NCBI GenBank assembly: GCA_937899865.1
Contig: CALBRH010000057.1
Span: forward strand, 1-34,713
Reading direction: 5' to 3'
Length of the DNA stretch: 34,713 bases
DNA from: an uncultured euryarchaeote
GTDB taxonomy: Archaea > Thermoplasmatota > Poseidoniia > Poseidoniales > Poseidoniaceae
Positions within the stretch are counted from its first letter, which is position 1; the number at the start of each line of letters is the position of its first letter. The translations under genes and the position numbers were made by a program. This document shows, one piece after another, positions 34,069-34,713 of the stretch. The notes beneath the pieces are model-generated. The model saw only the letters and a list, made by a program, of their open reading frames with translations. It ran no database searches and was not told where the DNA came from.

Positions 34069-34713
34069 TCCGTCAATGTAACTTGCACATACGCTTCAAA
34101 GAGGCTCGGATCGGCATTTGAGCAAAATGCCATTCGCGCCTTTACTTGATGTATGGACAGCAAAGGTGTCGTGCAGATCATGATGGAATCATTCGGTGCA
34201 GATTTGATTGAGCAGCTCCGTCGAAATCTTGGCGATGCCTTTCAGGCAGTGTCAGGCGAGAATCTCGACTGGGGTGCGTTGCTGGTACAGATACTCGGCC
34301 AGCTGCTGGTCTCTGTAATCTACCTTGGCGTCTTCCTGGGCGTTTATCTGATTCTGATCGCTGCCATCAGGCTGGGCCTGGGTGAGCGGCGAACGAAAAC
34401 CCCTCTTTACATCCAGATGCGCAGTGGCCTGCGCTATCTGGCCGGGTTGGGTGCGCTGGTAGTTATTCTTGCGCAATTCGGGGTTTCGCCTGAGGTTCTC
34501 AAGGCGATGGCGAGGGCGGGTTTCATGGTCCTCGGTTTCTACGTGGTCTGGGTAGTTTTCCGGCGTCTGATCAAGGAAGGCACTTCACGCTATCGAATGG
34601 ATCCTTCCATCCGGCAACTGGTCGAGAATCTGTTTGCGGTTATCGCCGCAACCCTTGCGGTGGTAACGGTGCTTGCCCAGTTTGGTTTCGATGTGGTGTC
34701 GATTATCGCCGGT
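34031..34713. other. Higher-GC foreign segment (probable chimeric junction or insertion)
   Basis: Lines 34261-34320 and 34321-34380 have 33/60 and 34/60 G+C, versus 24/60 for 33781-33840. Codon usage switches to CTG/GCG/GGC. The junction position is approximate. Confidence 0.75.
34153..34713 (+). CDS. MscS-family mechanosensitive channel, N-terminal TM region, partial
   Basis: Hand-translated 187 codons open to the right edge, ending ...LVENLFAVIAATLAVVTVLAQFGFDVVSIIAG, the TM2-TM3 pattern of MscS. The start may be ATG 34180. Not in the ORF track. Confidence 0.75.
   Translation, partial: MDSKGVVQIMMESFGADLIEQLRRNLGDAFQAVSGENLDWGALLVQILGQLLVSVIYLGVFLGVYLILIAAIRLGLGERRTKTPLYIQMRSGLRYLAGLGALVVILAQFGVSPEVLKAMARAGFMVLGFYVVWVVFRRLIKEGTSRYRMDPSIRQLVENLFAVIAATLAVVTVLAQFGFDVVSIIAG

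Noticed and set aside
489-34476. The many 60-150 aa alternate-frame or antisense ORFs in the track (e.g. 11333-11725, 16290-16700, 27314-27763, 30839-31120, 34252-34476)
   Set aside because: All lie within or opposite well-supported genes, and I recognised no domain in their translations.
1-34713. tRNA, rRNA, IS elements or prophage genes
   Set aside because: I saw no cloverleaf or rRNA-like sequence in the intergenic gaps, and no transposase, integrase or viral hallmark protein among the ORFs. This was by eye only; tRNAscan-SE and Infernal would be decisive.

Overview
This is a gene-dense, AT-rich (about 40% GC by spot counts) archaeal chromosomal segment, most consistent with Marine Group II Euryarchaeota (Ca. 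Poseidoniales). The taxon is an inference from GGTGA/GAGGTGA Shine-Dalgarno motifs, TATA boxes placed for leaderless mRNAs, Cdc48, MC1, TrmB, a DacZ-like cyclase, an NcsA/TtuA thiolase, and marine photoprotection genes. From left to right: (1) a partial hypothetical gene, an iota-class carbonic anhydrase-like gene (COG4337 type), a SnoaL-like protein and ncsA; (2) a 311-bp intergenic region with tandem palindromes; (3) an operon of a stand-alone Roadblock protein, a 1047-aa DUF2226-like/Roadblock/coiled-coil protein and a small membrane protein; (4) a converging cdc48, PRC-barrel, DUF4350-like, DUF58, membrane-protein run with no MoxR; (5) an aldehyde dehydrogenase; (6) a ~12-kb carotenoid/photoprotection/redox cluster (crtB, SRPBCC-TIGR01777 fusion, class II photolyase, NUDIX, ribA, divergent peroxiredoxin, TrmB with a V4R-like tail, ABC1 kinase, FAD oxidoreductase, crtI, thioredoxin-fold lipoprotein); (7) a mycobacterial Sdh1-like sdhCAB; (8) a DoxX-like gene, MC1, a stand-alone Lrp RAM domain, a macrodomain-dacZ pair and a hypothetical gene; (9) a site-2 protease gene cut at ~34030 by ~55% GC, bacterial-looking MscS DNA, probably an assembly or amplification chimera. 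I saw no rRNA, tRNA, CRISPR array or transposase. All family calls come from motif recognition, not database searches.
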